Shown here one piece after another: positions 1 to 63,689 of a stretch of DNA of 64,000 nt. How positions within the stretch are numbered: the first letter of the stretch is position 1; each line of letters starts with the position of its first letter. Both the position numbers and the translations under genes were made by a program. Origin of the DNA: Amoebidium appalachense (Eukaryota; Protista; Ichthyosporea); the NCBI GenBank assembly GCA_963693365.1, contig CAVNZM010000006.1:7853264-7917263 (forward strand), given 5' to 3'. The notes under the pieces were generated by a model. The model made no database searches and was not told the DNA's origin. It was given only the letters and a program-made list of their open reading frames with translations.

Positions 1-30
1 ATACACACACACACGTACACACATATCCAG

Positions 31-304
31 GCTCAGCTACAACAAGAGCTCGGCCAACTAGTGTCCGGATTTTGCGCCGAATTAGCCGCCCTAGACGGGA
101 ACGAGCGAGAATCGTTAAAGGAAGACTGGTCAGAGCTCATCTTCGAGTGTATATGGCTGGGCAGAGTTGACCTCGTAGACAGGTTGATGTCTTTAAGCGT
201 GGCCGATCCGAACGCGTGCGACGACAGGGGGTGGTCGCTACTCCATCTGGCCATGTTTAGAAATCATAACGTGAGTGCCAAAAGAAATCAGAGATACGCT
301 TGGA

Positions 305-340
<36 letters not shown>

Positions 341-845
341 GGGAAGCAGTCGCTTTGGGTGGGTGGGTGGGTGGGATGTGTGTGGGGAGGGGGAAGGGGG
401 GGGGGGGGGGGGGGGGGAGCTAGATGCAAATTGACATGCAGCAAGAGGACATGAAGAAGGGAGGGAGAGAGGGGAGAGGGGAGAGGGGGGGGGGAGGGGG
501 GCTGGGGGCTGGTGCTTGCAGGTGTGCTTGTCTCATTCTTGTTATCGTTGCAGGTGTGGGTGGGTGGGTGGGTGGGTGTGCCCATGCGTGTGTGCGTGTG
601 GGTACACACATGTAAGTGTGTGCGTGTTGAACACGTGTATATTCACCTACCTGCCCCCCAGGAGCTATCAGAAAAGCTCGTGAAGGTGTACGGGGCAGAC
701 CCAACTATCCGCACAGCTGACTCTCTCATGGTAACCAGCTGCACCCCCTCCCCCCCTCCCCTCCTCCCCCCCTTCCCTCCTCCCCCCCTTCCCCTCACTT
801 TCTCTTTTCTCCCTCCCTGCCCCACCCCACCCCCACCCCCGGCCC

Positions 846-884
<39 letters not shown>

Positions 885-1297
885 GCATTCACACACAGGG
901 AGGGAGACAGGGGGAAGTTGGGGATGGGGGGGGGGGGCTGGGTTCACCACTACCAGCATTTTTTCCCCTTTGACAATGATGTGCAACGTTGAGCCATTCA
1001 TGGTCCATATTTAGGCACAGTCACTTGCAATCCTGGAAGGTTTGCAAGGCATTTACTCGTATCAGCTCTAGTGTTACTTGATGTAGTGGTCCATTTATTT
1101 TAATTTGTCATTGTTTCTAGTTAGAAAAATGTTTATCGGGTTAGAATATGTGAACTCGATGCCGGTATTAATAGAATTTTGTGCTATTTTTGTCACAGGT
1201 GACCCCGTCCGAGCTGCAGGCTGCCGGGGGCTCGCCATCACTCTACCGCCAGCAGATGCGATTTCGTAGGCAGTGGATGCCGGGCTCAAAAAGTTGA
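31..1297 (+). CDS. Ankyrin-repeat protein, 3' part (exons 31-270, 662-730, 1199-1297); 5' end lies upstream of the window
   Basis: All junctions are AG/GT and phase 0. Spliced translation AQLQQELGQLVSGFC...LMSLSVADPNACDDRGWSLLHLAMFRNHN|ELSEKLVKVYGADPTIRTADSLM|VTPSELQAAGGSPSLYRQQMRFRRQWMPGSKS* contains ankyrin consensus ADPNxxDxxGxSLLHLA and GADPTI; stop TGA at 1295-1297. Confidence 0.8.
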
Positions 1298-3874
1298 TCC
1301 GATTAGCACCCGAAAAGTTGATCCGATTAGCACCGGTTAGACGTGATCGAGACCGATCTTAGCGGGCTGTGTCCCTCGAGCAAGTTAATGGGGCGCTGTG
1401 GATTGGTGATATCTTTAAGATGATCACAGGCGTAAAATCGCAAAGGTTTTCGTGGTTAAACGGATTGACATTTTCTTGTACGTATGGTTTTCCTGTTTTG
1501 GTTTGTTGTCTATGCCTTTTCCTGTAAAAAAAAATTTCCCATTTTATTACGTGCGTGGGCGGGAGCAAAGATGATGTATATGGTGGCAGTGCCTGTTGCT
1601 GATGTATGACTTGGTTATATATAACTGTTGTGGCTTAGCATTTCTTCGTGTCTTTCAGGCTTACAGGGGGATAGAAGGGATTAGTCGTGATCCTTGTCTT
1701 TGGTTTATTTTTCCTGCTATCTAAAATTAAATTTTGGTTTTAATGTTTGAGCAGTATAGTGAGCGGATTCTCTCGGAAGTGATGGGTGGGGTGGGATACA
1801 ACCACAAATAGTCCTTGATAGGAAGCGTCTGTGTGTGTGTGTGAGGGGGATGGGGGGGGGGGGGAGGGGGAGGGGGGAGGGGGGGGGGGGACTAATAACC
1901 GCTATTAGAACGACCGAATGATGATTTGTACATCTTCAGAATCTGTAAAGATTTGTATGCTGTTTATAGAGTAGGGAATTTGTGAGATTTAGCTTAATTG
2001 ATGATTGCCTGGCGATACTGTATCTAGCTATAGGCCATGTTAAATTGAAATGTCCCTTCTGAGATATATGATTAAGGCGGGTTGCGAGATGAAATCGAAA
2101 CCTCTATGCATCTGCTGGAATATGCTTGTGATATCCAGATATCTAACCCGTAAGGATAAATTTTAGTTAGATGAACTTTGAGTGTCATGTTGAAATCCAC
2201 ATCGGCCGCTAACTTTGAATGATGTAATCCGGTCCCTGGCTGCAGCTGCTGATACAGTGGATAGGTGGGAATTGGATATACTTGTGATATTCAGAATTTT
2301 CTCCTGAACTTTCCCTACGGGTGTCTGCTACATTGGTTGGAAATATGAATACTTGTTCAGATTTCTTGGTGGATTATGCTGGTCGTCACGTTGGATATAT
2401 ATCTAATATATTGAATTTCAACACAGCGTTCTGGTGTCTTAGTTTACATTTGCTACTGGATATCTCGTGAAGTATTTTTGTTTTGTTTTATTGCTTCCTA
2501 AGTATGCCGTGAATGGCATCTCGTTCCGTTGAATAAATTTATTTCAGTCAAAAGAAGAAAAAAAAACTTAAGTTTCCGTTATCATATGTGCATATAAGTG
2601 GGGTGCCGTGTCAGGCCTGGTCCGGGGGGGTCGGCCTTTGAATCATAATATATTGACTAAATGAAGTAATTAATTCGCCTCTAAGGACACCCGAGGTTTT
2701 GTTATGATTCAAAATTTACCCCTCCCAGCCCCCCCCCCCCCCCCCCCCGCCCCGCGCTGCCGGCGCCAAATGGTCCCCATAGAGAGATACAACTCAAAAC
2801 AAATTGCGTGGCCTGAAACCCCCCTCCCTCCCCTCCCTCCCTCCCCTTCCCCCCCCCTCCCCCCCCCTCCCCCTTATTTCTGATTTTTATCTAAGCTTCC
2901 CCGGGTACGGCCGTGTTTTGACGGGTGCTATTCCTATCCCGATATAATCCATATGTTGCAAAATTCCGGCTCCACATACGCATAGTGTTACTGATAGTGT
3001 ACGTACGAAATGATGAATTTACCTACCCGCACGTGCTAGCGAGGCTGGGCAAAACCTTCTTGCTAAAATTCAATATGTGATAGTAGTTCGGATTGGTAAG
3101 GCCTTAGTTTAGCTGAATATGCACTATTACTAAATTAGAACCCTAGTTTGGTCTAGGGTACAGTCGGTACGTAGTGGAAGACGGTAGTTCTTATCAGGGA
3201 TGATCCCTAATGGCTCCAACCAGAACAAAGCTTTAATTTAATCATAAATTTCGGGTTAAAATGAAACTAACAAATAAAGCCGCAATAAAAAACTTGCGAT
3301 TTAGGGTGCTGAGCCCGTCTCCACACCTACCCGTGCGCGCCCCCCTTCCCCCCTCCCGGCTGCGGTAGCTGGCCTGATGATAACTATATCATAATATAAA
3401 TGATTTACTAATTACTACTATGATAACTATATCAGTAGTATAATTACAATAAAAGACCTAATTATATCACAGACGGGCAGTTTGAAGGTAGTTTGGTTCA
3501 TACGACGGACCCTCTCTTGCACCTGATTGGACAAAACACGATCCGATGACGTAAAATAAGGGGGGAACGGATCGATCCCCAAGACTTGAAGGGGCCGTTC
3601 AGCCCCTATATAGGGGGGAGGGGGGAGGGGGGAGGGAGGGGGGGCAGCCCCATGATATAGGGCCCAGACGGGGGGCAGCCCCATGATCTAGGGCCCAGAC
3701 AGACATATGGCTATGGTTATTGGGTCTATTTTCTTGTTTTGGTGATAATTATTATGAAAGTGCAAGGAGAATGGGAAAAACCCCTGGGGAAGAGGAGGGA
3801 AGGGGGGAAGGGGGGGAGGGGGGGAGGAGTAGGAGGAGGAGGTCCTGGAGGCGCGGGAAGAGTTTTGTTGGAGT

Positions 3875-3928
<54 letters not shown>

Positions 3929-4200
3929 TTTGAATGCGTCAAAAAGTACGAAGTACACAAGAACAAACGGATAACACGATGCAGAATGCAAGCCATACAT
4001 AAAGAGTATGCAGAATAAGCAGAGCCCATCCTCAGGGGGGGCCCACATCATCCACAGTACCCGAGTTTTGACCTATTCACCTCGTTAACGAAACCTAACT
4101 CAGATACTGTTTCACTTGAACATGGGTAGGTCACCCGTCTTGATCAGAGACGAGCAGGGTTGCTTATGCAGGCAAGGGCAGTGGGAAAGGCCGGGGGTTA
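3929..4200 (-). mobile_element. Poly-C-associated short interspersed element (family A variant), probable non-autonomous Penelope-like element with a decayed hammerhead-like motif
   Basis: The reverse complement aligns with 37661-37942 (GCATAAGCAACCCTGCTCGTC, GATCAAGACGGGT, TCTGAGTT, GGTC(G/A)AAACTC, CCCTGAGGATGGGCTCTGCTTAT) and nearly exactly with 33506-33605. It ends ...GCATTCAAA followed by poly-C on the minus strand. Confidence 0.7.
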
Positions 4201-4818
4201 AAGTTGCAGCAGTAAGCAGAAGCAAGAAAAATATAGATAGGAACTCCGGAGACGGGGCTTCTAGGAAGCTCCCCCGTCGCTACCTAAGTTGATACTTCCC
4301 TGGCTAACATACTACACCAGCTGAAAAGAATTAAGTCCCGAAGGCCGCAGAATTCGCAATCAGAGGGGAAAATATGAGATTTGACCCACGCCGCAGGGTA
4401 GTAACACGCTTACTAGGGCGGAACTTAAACGTCTTCGAACGGAAAGCTATGCCCCCGGATGTCAGCCGGAAATATGGTATCACCCATTGCTTTGGGCTTG
4501 AAAAAAGCCAAATCGATAGTCCGAGTTATGTTATGCCGGCGGGTAACATGCCGCATGGGTTCCAAGGGAGCTGTCGCCAACAGAGCGGTGTGTGCATGCG
4601 TGCGCGTAACGCAATGTGTGAAGTGTGTCTATAGCTATGAAAGAGGGTATGCAGAAGTGGACAGATGAAGTGTGTGGAGAGAAAAACAGTAGGAGGAAAA
4701 GTAGACACCAGTGTGTGAAACCCCGCACAACATACATACACACACACATACACATAAATAAGCGAAGATTACAGGTAATCAACCAGAACAACAAATGACA
4801 AGCAAAACAACAGGCGCC

Positions 4819-4852
<34 letters not shown>

Positions 4853-4871
4853 AGAGAGAGAGAGAAAAGAA

Positions 4872-4905
<34 letters not shown>

Positions 4906-5728
4906 GGGGGGTCTTAGGGATGCTGCAGAATCGTCAGATATTAGACAAATCGTACCAATACGATCATTCTCTCATATATGAGAGAAGATTGTGACTAACG
5001 ATGTGCAGAGCTGGTTAAGACCTGTTAAGTGTGCAGAGAAAATGGGAGGGGAAGGAGGAGGGGAAGGGGGGGGGGGGGGGGGGGGGGGGGGGGTGAAGTA
5101 AGAGAGGGGAGGGAATGTTAGAGTGTCAATAGTCTCAGGGGACCCTGCAGAGTCGTTAGATATCAGACAAAAACGCACCAACGACCAAGTTCTCCAAGGG
5201 GAGAAATGCGTAAAACGTTCTGCAGAGTGGGTTAGAGACCTGCTGATGAGAAGAGTGTATACAGGGTTTGGCCAAGGGGGGGGGGGGGGGGGGGGGGGGA
5301 GGGGAGGGAAAGAAGGTAGGAGGGGAAGGGGGGGGGGAGGGGGGGGGGGGGGGGGTAAGTAGGCCGGGGAAGGGCGAAGGGAGAAGGGAGGGGAGGGAGG
5401 GAGGGGGAAAAAGGTGGGGGGGGGGGGGGGGGAGGGGGGGAGGGGAGAGGAGAAGAATTTTTTAATTAAAAAAAAAACAGAAATAAAAAAATAAAAATAA
5501 AAACCCCTGTGGTGGACAGATCAGAGACGAGAGCTCCATTTCAGAACTTACCAGGCAACCCAAAAACCTAGCCGGCTGAGAAAGAAGAACGGCGGGGGAA
5601 TTGTTTGGGAAAAGGAGCGGGGGGGGGGGAGAAGGGGGGGGGTGGGGAGGAGGGGGGAGAGAGGGCGAGAGGGAGAGAGAGAGAGAGGGAGGGAGAGAAC
5701 GAGAGAGAACGAAAGAGAGAGAGAGAGG

Positions 5729-5808
<80 letters not shown>

Positions 5809-5820
5809 AGCGAGCGAGCG

Positions 5821-5861
<41 letters not shown>

Positions 5862-5998
5862 TAGGGAGGGAGAGAGAGGGAGAGGGAGAGAGAGAGAGGG
5901 AGGGAGAGAGGGAGGGAGGGGGGGGGGGGGGAGAGGTGTAGGGGCTGGTAGGGGGGAGGGGGGGGGGGGGGGGGGGGGGATCGGGATAGAGTGGGGGG

Positions 5999-7455
5999 CT
6001 AGGGAGTGTTGATCTTTTTAGTGATGATGGAGAGTATGTGAGAGGAGTGAACGCCACGGTATATGTGCGGGTGTGTGGCGAGAAAGCTGTGCATTTTGTG
6101 GTGCAAGAGTCTAAGCGAGTAGCCTTTGTTAAGCAATGTTTTAGCAAGTCGTGCAGTGCATGTGGTGAATGCAGCAAGTGTGGAGCATTTGCGCTGGTAG
6201 CTATGCATTTGACTTGTCATGATGCCGTATTTTGCAGTGCAGGAGATGAATGAGTCGTGGTGTGGGAAACGAACGATGTCTAGTGTATTGAATGTGGGTG
6301 TGTCGAGATTGTTGTAGATGGTTGTGTGAATGCCGTGATTAGTGCAGGTGATATGCAAGTCGAGGTCGGGGACAGAGGGGAGGAACCGGCAGGGTTGAGT
6401 TGAAGGCTGGTCTTGGGATATAGACCGAAATCACAATCTTCTAAATAGAGGTGGGAGAGAATGCGAGGATTATGAAGGGAGATCAAATCATCTATGTAGC
6501 GGCGAGTAAACTGAAAATCTACCAAGACATCAATGCGGTCGTGTGCAATAAGCTTGCGAACAAAATCCAACTCATAAGTAAAGAGATAGAAATTAGCCAA
6601 GAAAAAGCACAGTTTGTACCCATGGGGATACCAATGTCCTGTTTTTAGAGGGTATCGCCAAACACAACATATATGTTATCTACGAGGAAACATAGAAAAA
6701 CCACAAGCTGTGCCTTAGAGAGATGCAGAGAGTGTTCTTTAGGCTCAAAGGAATCATCCTGGGAATCATCATCTACACGATCCACCCAGGACAACGTGGA
6801 GCCGGTTTTCTTAATAAACATGTGTGGTTTGCGAGCGCCCGTGCATTTTTTGACATATATTGCGTCAATCAGTGTAGTGAGACGAGCTTTCAAATCATGC
6901 AAGTCAATCTTGGTGTAGAGTGTGGAAACATCCAACACAGACACGGGCGCATTTTCGTGTTGGCGTGTGGTACGGTTAAGGGCGTTGATTGTGTGTGTGA
7001 GTGCGGTGCTATCCGTGAGAATCCAAGAGCTAGTGTTGTGCGGCAGGTGGGGGGGGGGGGGGGGGGGAGGGGGGGGGGGGGGGGGGAGGGGTATGCATAT
7101 ATATGTGTGTGTGTGCGTCATGTGTACATGTGTATGTGTGTGTGTGTGTGATGACACGGTCACGCGTGCGCGCACGTGCGCGCGCGCGTGTGTGTGTGTG
7201 TGTGTGCGCGCGTGCATGCATGTGCGGCTTTATGTGCGTCATGGGCGAGTGCTGTAAGGTGTAAGTGGGTGGCTGCGGGGAGGGGGGGGGGGAGGGGGGG
7301 GGGGGGAGGGGGAGGTGGACGGAGGGGGAAGAGGGGAAGGGAAGGGAGGAGTGGTTTCATGATGAAATGTAATAAGGGTGTTATTGCATGAACACAGAGG
7401 CTTCGGCTGTGCCGTGGATGGCAAAAACCGCAGATGAAGTGGGTGCCCGGTGTGT
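5999..7455 (-). pseudogene. Decayed Penelope-like element (PLE) reverse transcriptase, Naiad/Chlamys-like (RT at the C-terminus, no C-terminal GIY-YIG)
   Basis: Minus-strand motifs: a probable motif-2 remnant PLHLRFLPSTAQPKPL (about 7390-7450), motif A LDVSTLYTKI, then DNIYVVFGDTL*KQDIGIPMGTNCAFFLANFYLFTYE (motif B'), FTRRYIDDL (motif C) and thumb DLHI...IYN...IVRFPHHDSFI...YGIMTSQ...LLNKGY. In-frame TAA at 6645-6647, frameshift near 6360-6380, interrupted by poly-G and (GT)n, flanked by poly-G. Confidence 0.85.
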
Positions 7456-8728
7456 GTGTGTGTGTGACACATTTGCCGGTGTGCGTGGGGGGAGGAGGGG
7501 GGGAGGGGGGGGGATGGGATCGTGGAAAAGGTTTTACCGTTTTACCTAACCTTTGGGGCAGGTGATCAGAGAAGCATGTACACCGTGATGATGACCATTT
7601 TCAAATAAACCCAATGGTTATTCAAACTGGTTGCTCGGCGGCAGTCTTGTTCAAGAAGAAAGAAACGGTTAGAAGACTAGCCGTAGGGATTGGACAAGTG
7701 CAGTAGGGCTGCCGGCAACGGCAAAATTCTAACCTTAACCCTTGGTTATCATGACTTTGAACCCCCCCCCCACCCCCCTTTTCCCCCCCCCCCAAAGGAT
7801 GTACAAACATCCTCGGGTGTGAATCGCAAAGAAAACGGGTTCAGTGGCTGAGTTGGACAAGACAAAAAGCAATGCCTGCCCACAGAGAACCACCAAACCG
7901 GGACACACGTGTCTTCTCCTTCCTTTGCAGACCTAAATATCTCTGAAAGTGCCGTTTTTGAACGTTCAAAACATCATTGTTTTTGCCACGGGCGGGGGTG
8001 GGAGGGGAGGGCCGGTTTAGAATACAGAGAGTTCAAAGTACATAGGTAGAGAGGGAGGTTGTCACGTGTGTGTGCATAAGAGATAGACCCGCTTAAACTA
8101 CAAGCTATAACCGTACAAGTGAGATCCACAACCATTATACTCACACGCCGAGGAGGAGCACGATAGAGAGAGATTGTCTGTGTGGGTGACATAGACCCAC
8201 CCAGAACAAGTTATAACAGTTTCACTGCAGATTCCATAGATGCACAGGTCCTTCAGGGTGTCTACTTTGTATGTATTATTCATGTGTGACCAGCACGCCC
8301 GTCATGTTTACAGACAATAGTTTCTAAGATACTCGACATATCAGTTCCATGCATGTACATTGGGAAGAGCAAGATACTAATATATTAAAATACTAAGCAA
8401 TCCCCCTTCAACTTGAACCATAACCATAATGATTAACTAGCACTTTGTTTTAAACAAAGTGTTGACTTCATAACATAGGCACTAACTAGGTAGTAGGGCA
8501 AGTGACTCATCGGAATTGTTGGTAGAAAGGATAATTCAACAGACGTCATCGGTCAGGCGCCCGCGCGTCTTTCGTAGTTTCACCGCGACGTTGGGAGCAG
8601 ACGTTTTTTCCAACCGGAGCGACAATTCTTTACATGTCCAAACCAACGTTACAACTTCACACCACCAATGTGCCATTATAGCACACACTTCTCTAAGTAT
8701 CAACCGTGTTAACGAGTAAGGGAGTCGC

Positions 8729-9007
8729 CTAATGCGCAGGTGCGGTGTGGATGGCGCCGTGGGTGGTGGCGGGGGCCGTCTGGTGGGCAGCAGCGGTCGC
8801 GTGTCCGGTGGTGGTGGCGGCAGCCGTAGTGGTGGCAGCGTGCTGAGTGGTGGCAGCGTGCTGAGTGGTGGCAGCGTGCTTGGTGCCGGCAACCTTGGGT
8901 TCATCCAAAAGAGCAAAGAACTCGTCTGTGACCTCGTTGTTGGCGGGGGCAGCGACAGCGGCAGCGGCGAAGGCCATAACAGCGGCGAAAATGGCGACGA
9001 CCTTCAT
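8729..9007 (-). CDS. Small secreted His/Thr/Ala-rich peptide (92 aa), intronless
   Basis: ATG...TAG ORF with a classic signal peptide MKVVAIFAAVMAFAAAAVA|AP, an acidic segment NNEVTDEFFALLDEP and HAATTQ repeats. The GC-rich coding stretch lacks the microsatellites seen around it. Confidence 0.75.
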   Translation of the reverse strand: MKVVAIFAAVMAFAAAAVAAPANNEVTDEFFALLDEPKVAGTKHAATTQHAATTQHAATTTAAATTTGHATAAAHQTAPATTHGAIHTAPAH

Positions 9008-9107
9008 TTTCGAGAGAGTGATGCTTTGTTGCTGTAAAAGCAGTCTGTGTTGGCAAGGCGTGGTTGATGGTGAAGACTGAGGAGTAACTAACTACACGTG
9101 GTGTATG

Positions 9108-9192
9108 TTTACATATATAGAAGGGGTAATTTATCGCACATCCAATCATCGGGGAGTATGGAATATAAACAATACTGATGTTGGACCAATCC
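9108..9192 (-). promoter_or_regulatory. Putative TATA-like box and CCAAT boxes upstream of the secreted-peptide gene
   Basis: CTATATATGT on the minus strand at about 9111-9120, about 105 bp upstream of the ATG; CCAAT motifs on the plus strand at about 9142 and 9186. Confidence 0.35.
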
Positions 9193-12100
9193 GAAGCGAT
9201 GCGTTCCAAAAATACCTTCAAAACTTGATCATGAGCGATTTCAATCAAGTTCCCACGCATCTGACAGCACGACCGTTAAAACTGACGGAACATCGTCCAA
9301 GTATGCGTGATACTTCACAAATCAATAATTATTATAAATCTGCAGATATAAAAATAGCATTATAAAAACCAAATGAATATATATACGTAAATATGATGCT
9401 GAATCATTGAATATTGCAGGCTGTGGTAATGCATGTAGCAGGCCGCCGGTCTTGGCAGCCTATGGCGCGGCCACTGGTGCGGGATTACCCAATCCCCTGA
9501 GAGATCACCATTCGATCAGCCGGAGCAATCGATTCCAGCAACCAATCCATGCACAGACTGAAGATGATTGGCTACATGTGCTATTTCTGGCCGGCAAAAG
9601 CTTCGCCATCCATAACTTCCAATTGGTCGCTTACCCAACTTGATAGAACTGCTGTTCTAAGCTTTTCCCCACACGCCGCCAGCTCACGCTGCTTTTTCCG
9701 CCGGTCGACGGTGGCCTTTTTGTTTTCTTTTTCTTTTTCTTTTTCTTTTTCTTTTTCATTTTCATTTTCATTTTCATTTTCCTTTTTTTCTTTCTTTTTT
9801 TTTTTTTTTTTGTTCCCTTCGAAGTTCATAAGGGCTGGCATCAAGAGATGCACGCACACAACGAAAACAGAGAATTAAGTCAATGTCGGTTCTGCCTTCA
9901 TGTGCATCTGTGCGTGTGTGACTGCTTCTCTGCGTGTGCACCTGTGCTTGTCCATATATATGCATGGCTTACAATGTCAAGATTAAGTGGGTGGCTGTGT
10001 TTGTAATTCGTGTTGTGTGGGTGTGTGCGGGTCTGTGTCTGTGCGTATTCGATTGCGTGTGTGCCGTGCTTGTGTAAAGGTCTCTAACTGAGGTGTTTGC
10101 GTGTTTTGTGCCATAATTTGCGCGTGTGTGTGCGCTCATCACATTTCTGCCGTGTCTGTGTGCAAGTTCTTGTGGCAAAACAAATAATGTGTGTCGCGGT
10201 GAGTGTCCTTATGCAGTTGACACTGTGTGTGCTTGCTCTGTAAATGTGGATGTTCTCTGCACTCTAAAATCTGCCGTATGTGTCCGGAGTCGAAGAAGGG
10301 GACATTGGGGAGGGAAGAGCGGAGGGAAGGGTATTCGTTTCACTTGCAAAGAGGGCTTAGATTGAGAGCTTAGGGACGCCCAAAGTTACTGCTGGGATAT
10401 TTGACATCTTTAGGTCCACATGTTAACACAGTCAGAAGCAGAGAAAAGAAGAGAAGATATTTAACAGTTGCGAAGGGGCATGGAAAATGAAAGATTGGGA
10501 GACCTCTGAGCCGACCTTGGGAGAGAGAGAGCGAAAGACTGGGGGAGAGAGAGAGGGGACGGGGGTGGGTGGGTGGGTGGGTGGTACCGGTGGGGGGGGG
10601 GGGGGGGGGGGGGGGTTTGAGAGGGGGGGGGAGGGAGAGAGGGAGAGGGAGGGAGGGAGGGAGGGAGGGAGGGAGGGAGGGAGGGAGGGAGGGAGGGAGG
10701 GAGGGGGGAGTGAGAGACGAAGGGAAGAAGGGAGGGAGGGAGAGAGAAAGAGAAGGGGGAAGCGGGAGAGAGGGAGAGATAGAGTGAAGGTGAGCGCATG
10801 CAAGGGAGAGGGGAATAGGGAGAGGAGAGGAAAAGGAAGAGGAAGAGGAAGGGAGAGAGAGAGAGGACCCGGAGGAGTGAGGGACGGAGTTGGGGGAGGA
10901 CCGAGGGAAATGAGGGAGGGGAATAGGAGGGAGGGAGAATAGGAATGGAGGGTGAACCTCAGAAGCAGAGGGAAAGACTTGGAGCCAGAGAGAAAAAAGT
11001 TGATGCTTTGGAGAGAGAAACCGAGGGAGGAAGGGAGGTCGGAGAGAGTAGCAAGGGAGTCAGTGAGATCTAGAGAAAGTCGTAGGAACACCCACAGAAA
11101 TGCCTTGTTTCGAAGTATAAGGCAAGATGAAATAACATCCCCCTAGTGTATTCCTTCAAATTTTATTGGTGGTGCACGCAAGAAACCGAACAAACCTAAG
11201 AAAGTAAGAAAGGAAGAACAAGAAAAAAGCATACATGTGGGACCCCCCAAACCCCCGTCTCTCTAGATTATACTGGATAGAGATCTATAGATAGGAGAGG
11301 TATGGTCAAGGCCCCCCCCCCCCCCCCCCAAAAAAAAACCCCCTGTGCATATATTTCCGATAAGTTACGGTATATCCAATCAATCACATAGGCTTCCATG
11401 GTCCTGTAAACAAAAAGTATATTTAAAAGACGCATACAAGCTGTTTTAATGACAACGTTATTTTTTTATTTTTTTTTTTGTTTCTAAAGGAAAAAAAAAA
11501 CTTACCTGTTGCTTTTTCTTGTTTGTGTTGACATCTAGCTTGGAGATATTAAATTATTAAGACGAATTTATAAGAATTCCTTTTTTTTATATATAATGAC
11601 TTTATTTTTTTCTCTTGACTGGGATTTATTATTGATCAGTTGATATGAAGGCAACGTGATGAAGCCACAAGCTACATGACCACCAGTAACCGAAGTCGAA
11701 AAAGCCAAGGCGATGAAGTAAAAAATAAACAACAAGTGACCAAAGGACACCAGCTGGCAAAGGTACAAGTACACGTGTATGCGTGAAACTAGTTTGCTCC
11801 AACTAGACAGATGCATCGATGTTGACCAGACCGCACTCCGCAAGAAGACATCATTACTGCTGCTCCCCAACAGGCCCCCCTCAAAACCTACCGGGGCACA
11901 GCAAGCAAGTCAGCCCTTCAAAGAGCAATGCAGACCAAATCCGAACGAGAAAACAATCCCCACGGGCCCGGCCCCTAGAAAACCCGCAGAAACTGCCTCT
12001 AGCTCGCTGATAAGGTGGCCTACATTGATGTGCTCTTGAAAGTACTGAGAGGCAAGGGAGATATCACAGATATGGGGGTTTACTTCTTAGTATGCCGTGC

Positions 12101-12818
12101 ATATACTTGCCACGGCCACCATCAGGTGTTTCTAGATGGCCGTGATACTTGCATATCTTTCCGTCGAATAAATCCAGTCAAAAGAAAAAAGGTTTACGAA
12201 GGCTTTACTCGAGGCAAAGAGAGACCAGCCTCAGGTATGGGGGGTTTTTGCTCGGAATATCCCCTCAGCCGTATATCATGATCACGTACATAGATGTTGG
12301 GTGATGACTATATATCAGGGTTTACTTTCTCTACGAGATATCTCATAGCATATCTGCGATGAAAATAATCTTCAATTTCGGCGCAACATTTACCTCTTTT
12401 TCGTTTCGTTTGGCTCACTCGACAGCTTGGCCTAACGTTCTGCCTCAGAGTCCGAACAGTTAGCCGGCTAGACAGAGAGCGTGATGGTGAACTGTCACAT
12501 AGTATATGATAGACGCTGCATGTTAATCGGATTACGTTATGCACCACCTAATTACAGAAGGGAAAGTCAACATAGCCACTCCTGCTAGTGTCACGCTCTG
12601 TACATTTACTCTCACGCAAGCCTAGGTATGCCCACAGTACTGCACCATCAGAGCTGTGCTGAAAGATTCGTGCATTTCTGTTACACCAACCAACATAATC
12701 TCAGTGGCACATAAAGCCATGTTTTACACATGAACGCCCATCATCTACCACACAGCAGGCTGTAAAACAGCCCATTGATCCGCACGGTTTTACCTCTCTC
12801 CACATCTAAACGCGAAAG

Positions 12819-63269
<50,451 letters not shown>

Positions 63270-63478
63270 GTGGGTCCTATAATTTCTCTTTTCTCTTTTG
63301 AGTTGATTGGGTTGATTGATATGGCCAGGGCAAAGGGGTAGATGGGGAAAGGAACGGGGTGTTTATATTTTTTTATTTTTTTGCCCCCCTTTTATTTTAT
63401 TTTGGTTGTTGGCGGGGGGAGGGGGGAGGGGGGGGGGATATGAGGGTGCTGGGGGGGGGGGGGGGGGGGGGCATCTTC

Positions 63479-63527
<49 letters not shown>

Positions 63528-63689
63528 GGGGGGGGGGGGGGGGGGGGGGATGTGAGGTGGAAAGTAATGACCCCCCACCATGCTATCTTATTGGTGCATG
63601 CATACAAGGAGGATACAATTGATATTATCTTTTAGGCGCACAGGCGTGAAATGCCATAAAAGTGTTTGATTGGCAGGGTGCTCTTGTAA

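Noticed and set aside
1288-1335. Tandem 22-bp duplication at the ankyrin gene stop
   Set aside because: A simple local duplication with no evidence of function.
4374-4634. 86-aa non-repetitive ORF
   Set aside because: No recognisable motif or splice support; it cannot be called from sequence alone.
6645-6647. In-frame stop in the PLE RT as possible selenocysteine recoding (known in some Naiads)
   Set aside because: The codon is TAA, not TGA, and the copy also has a frameshift, so simple decay explains it.
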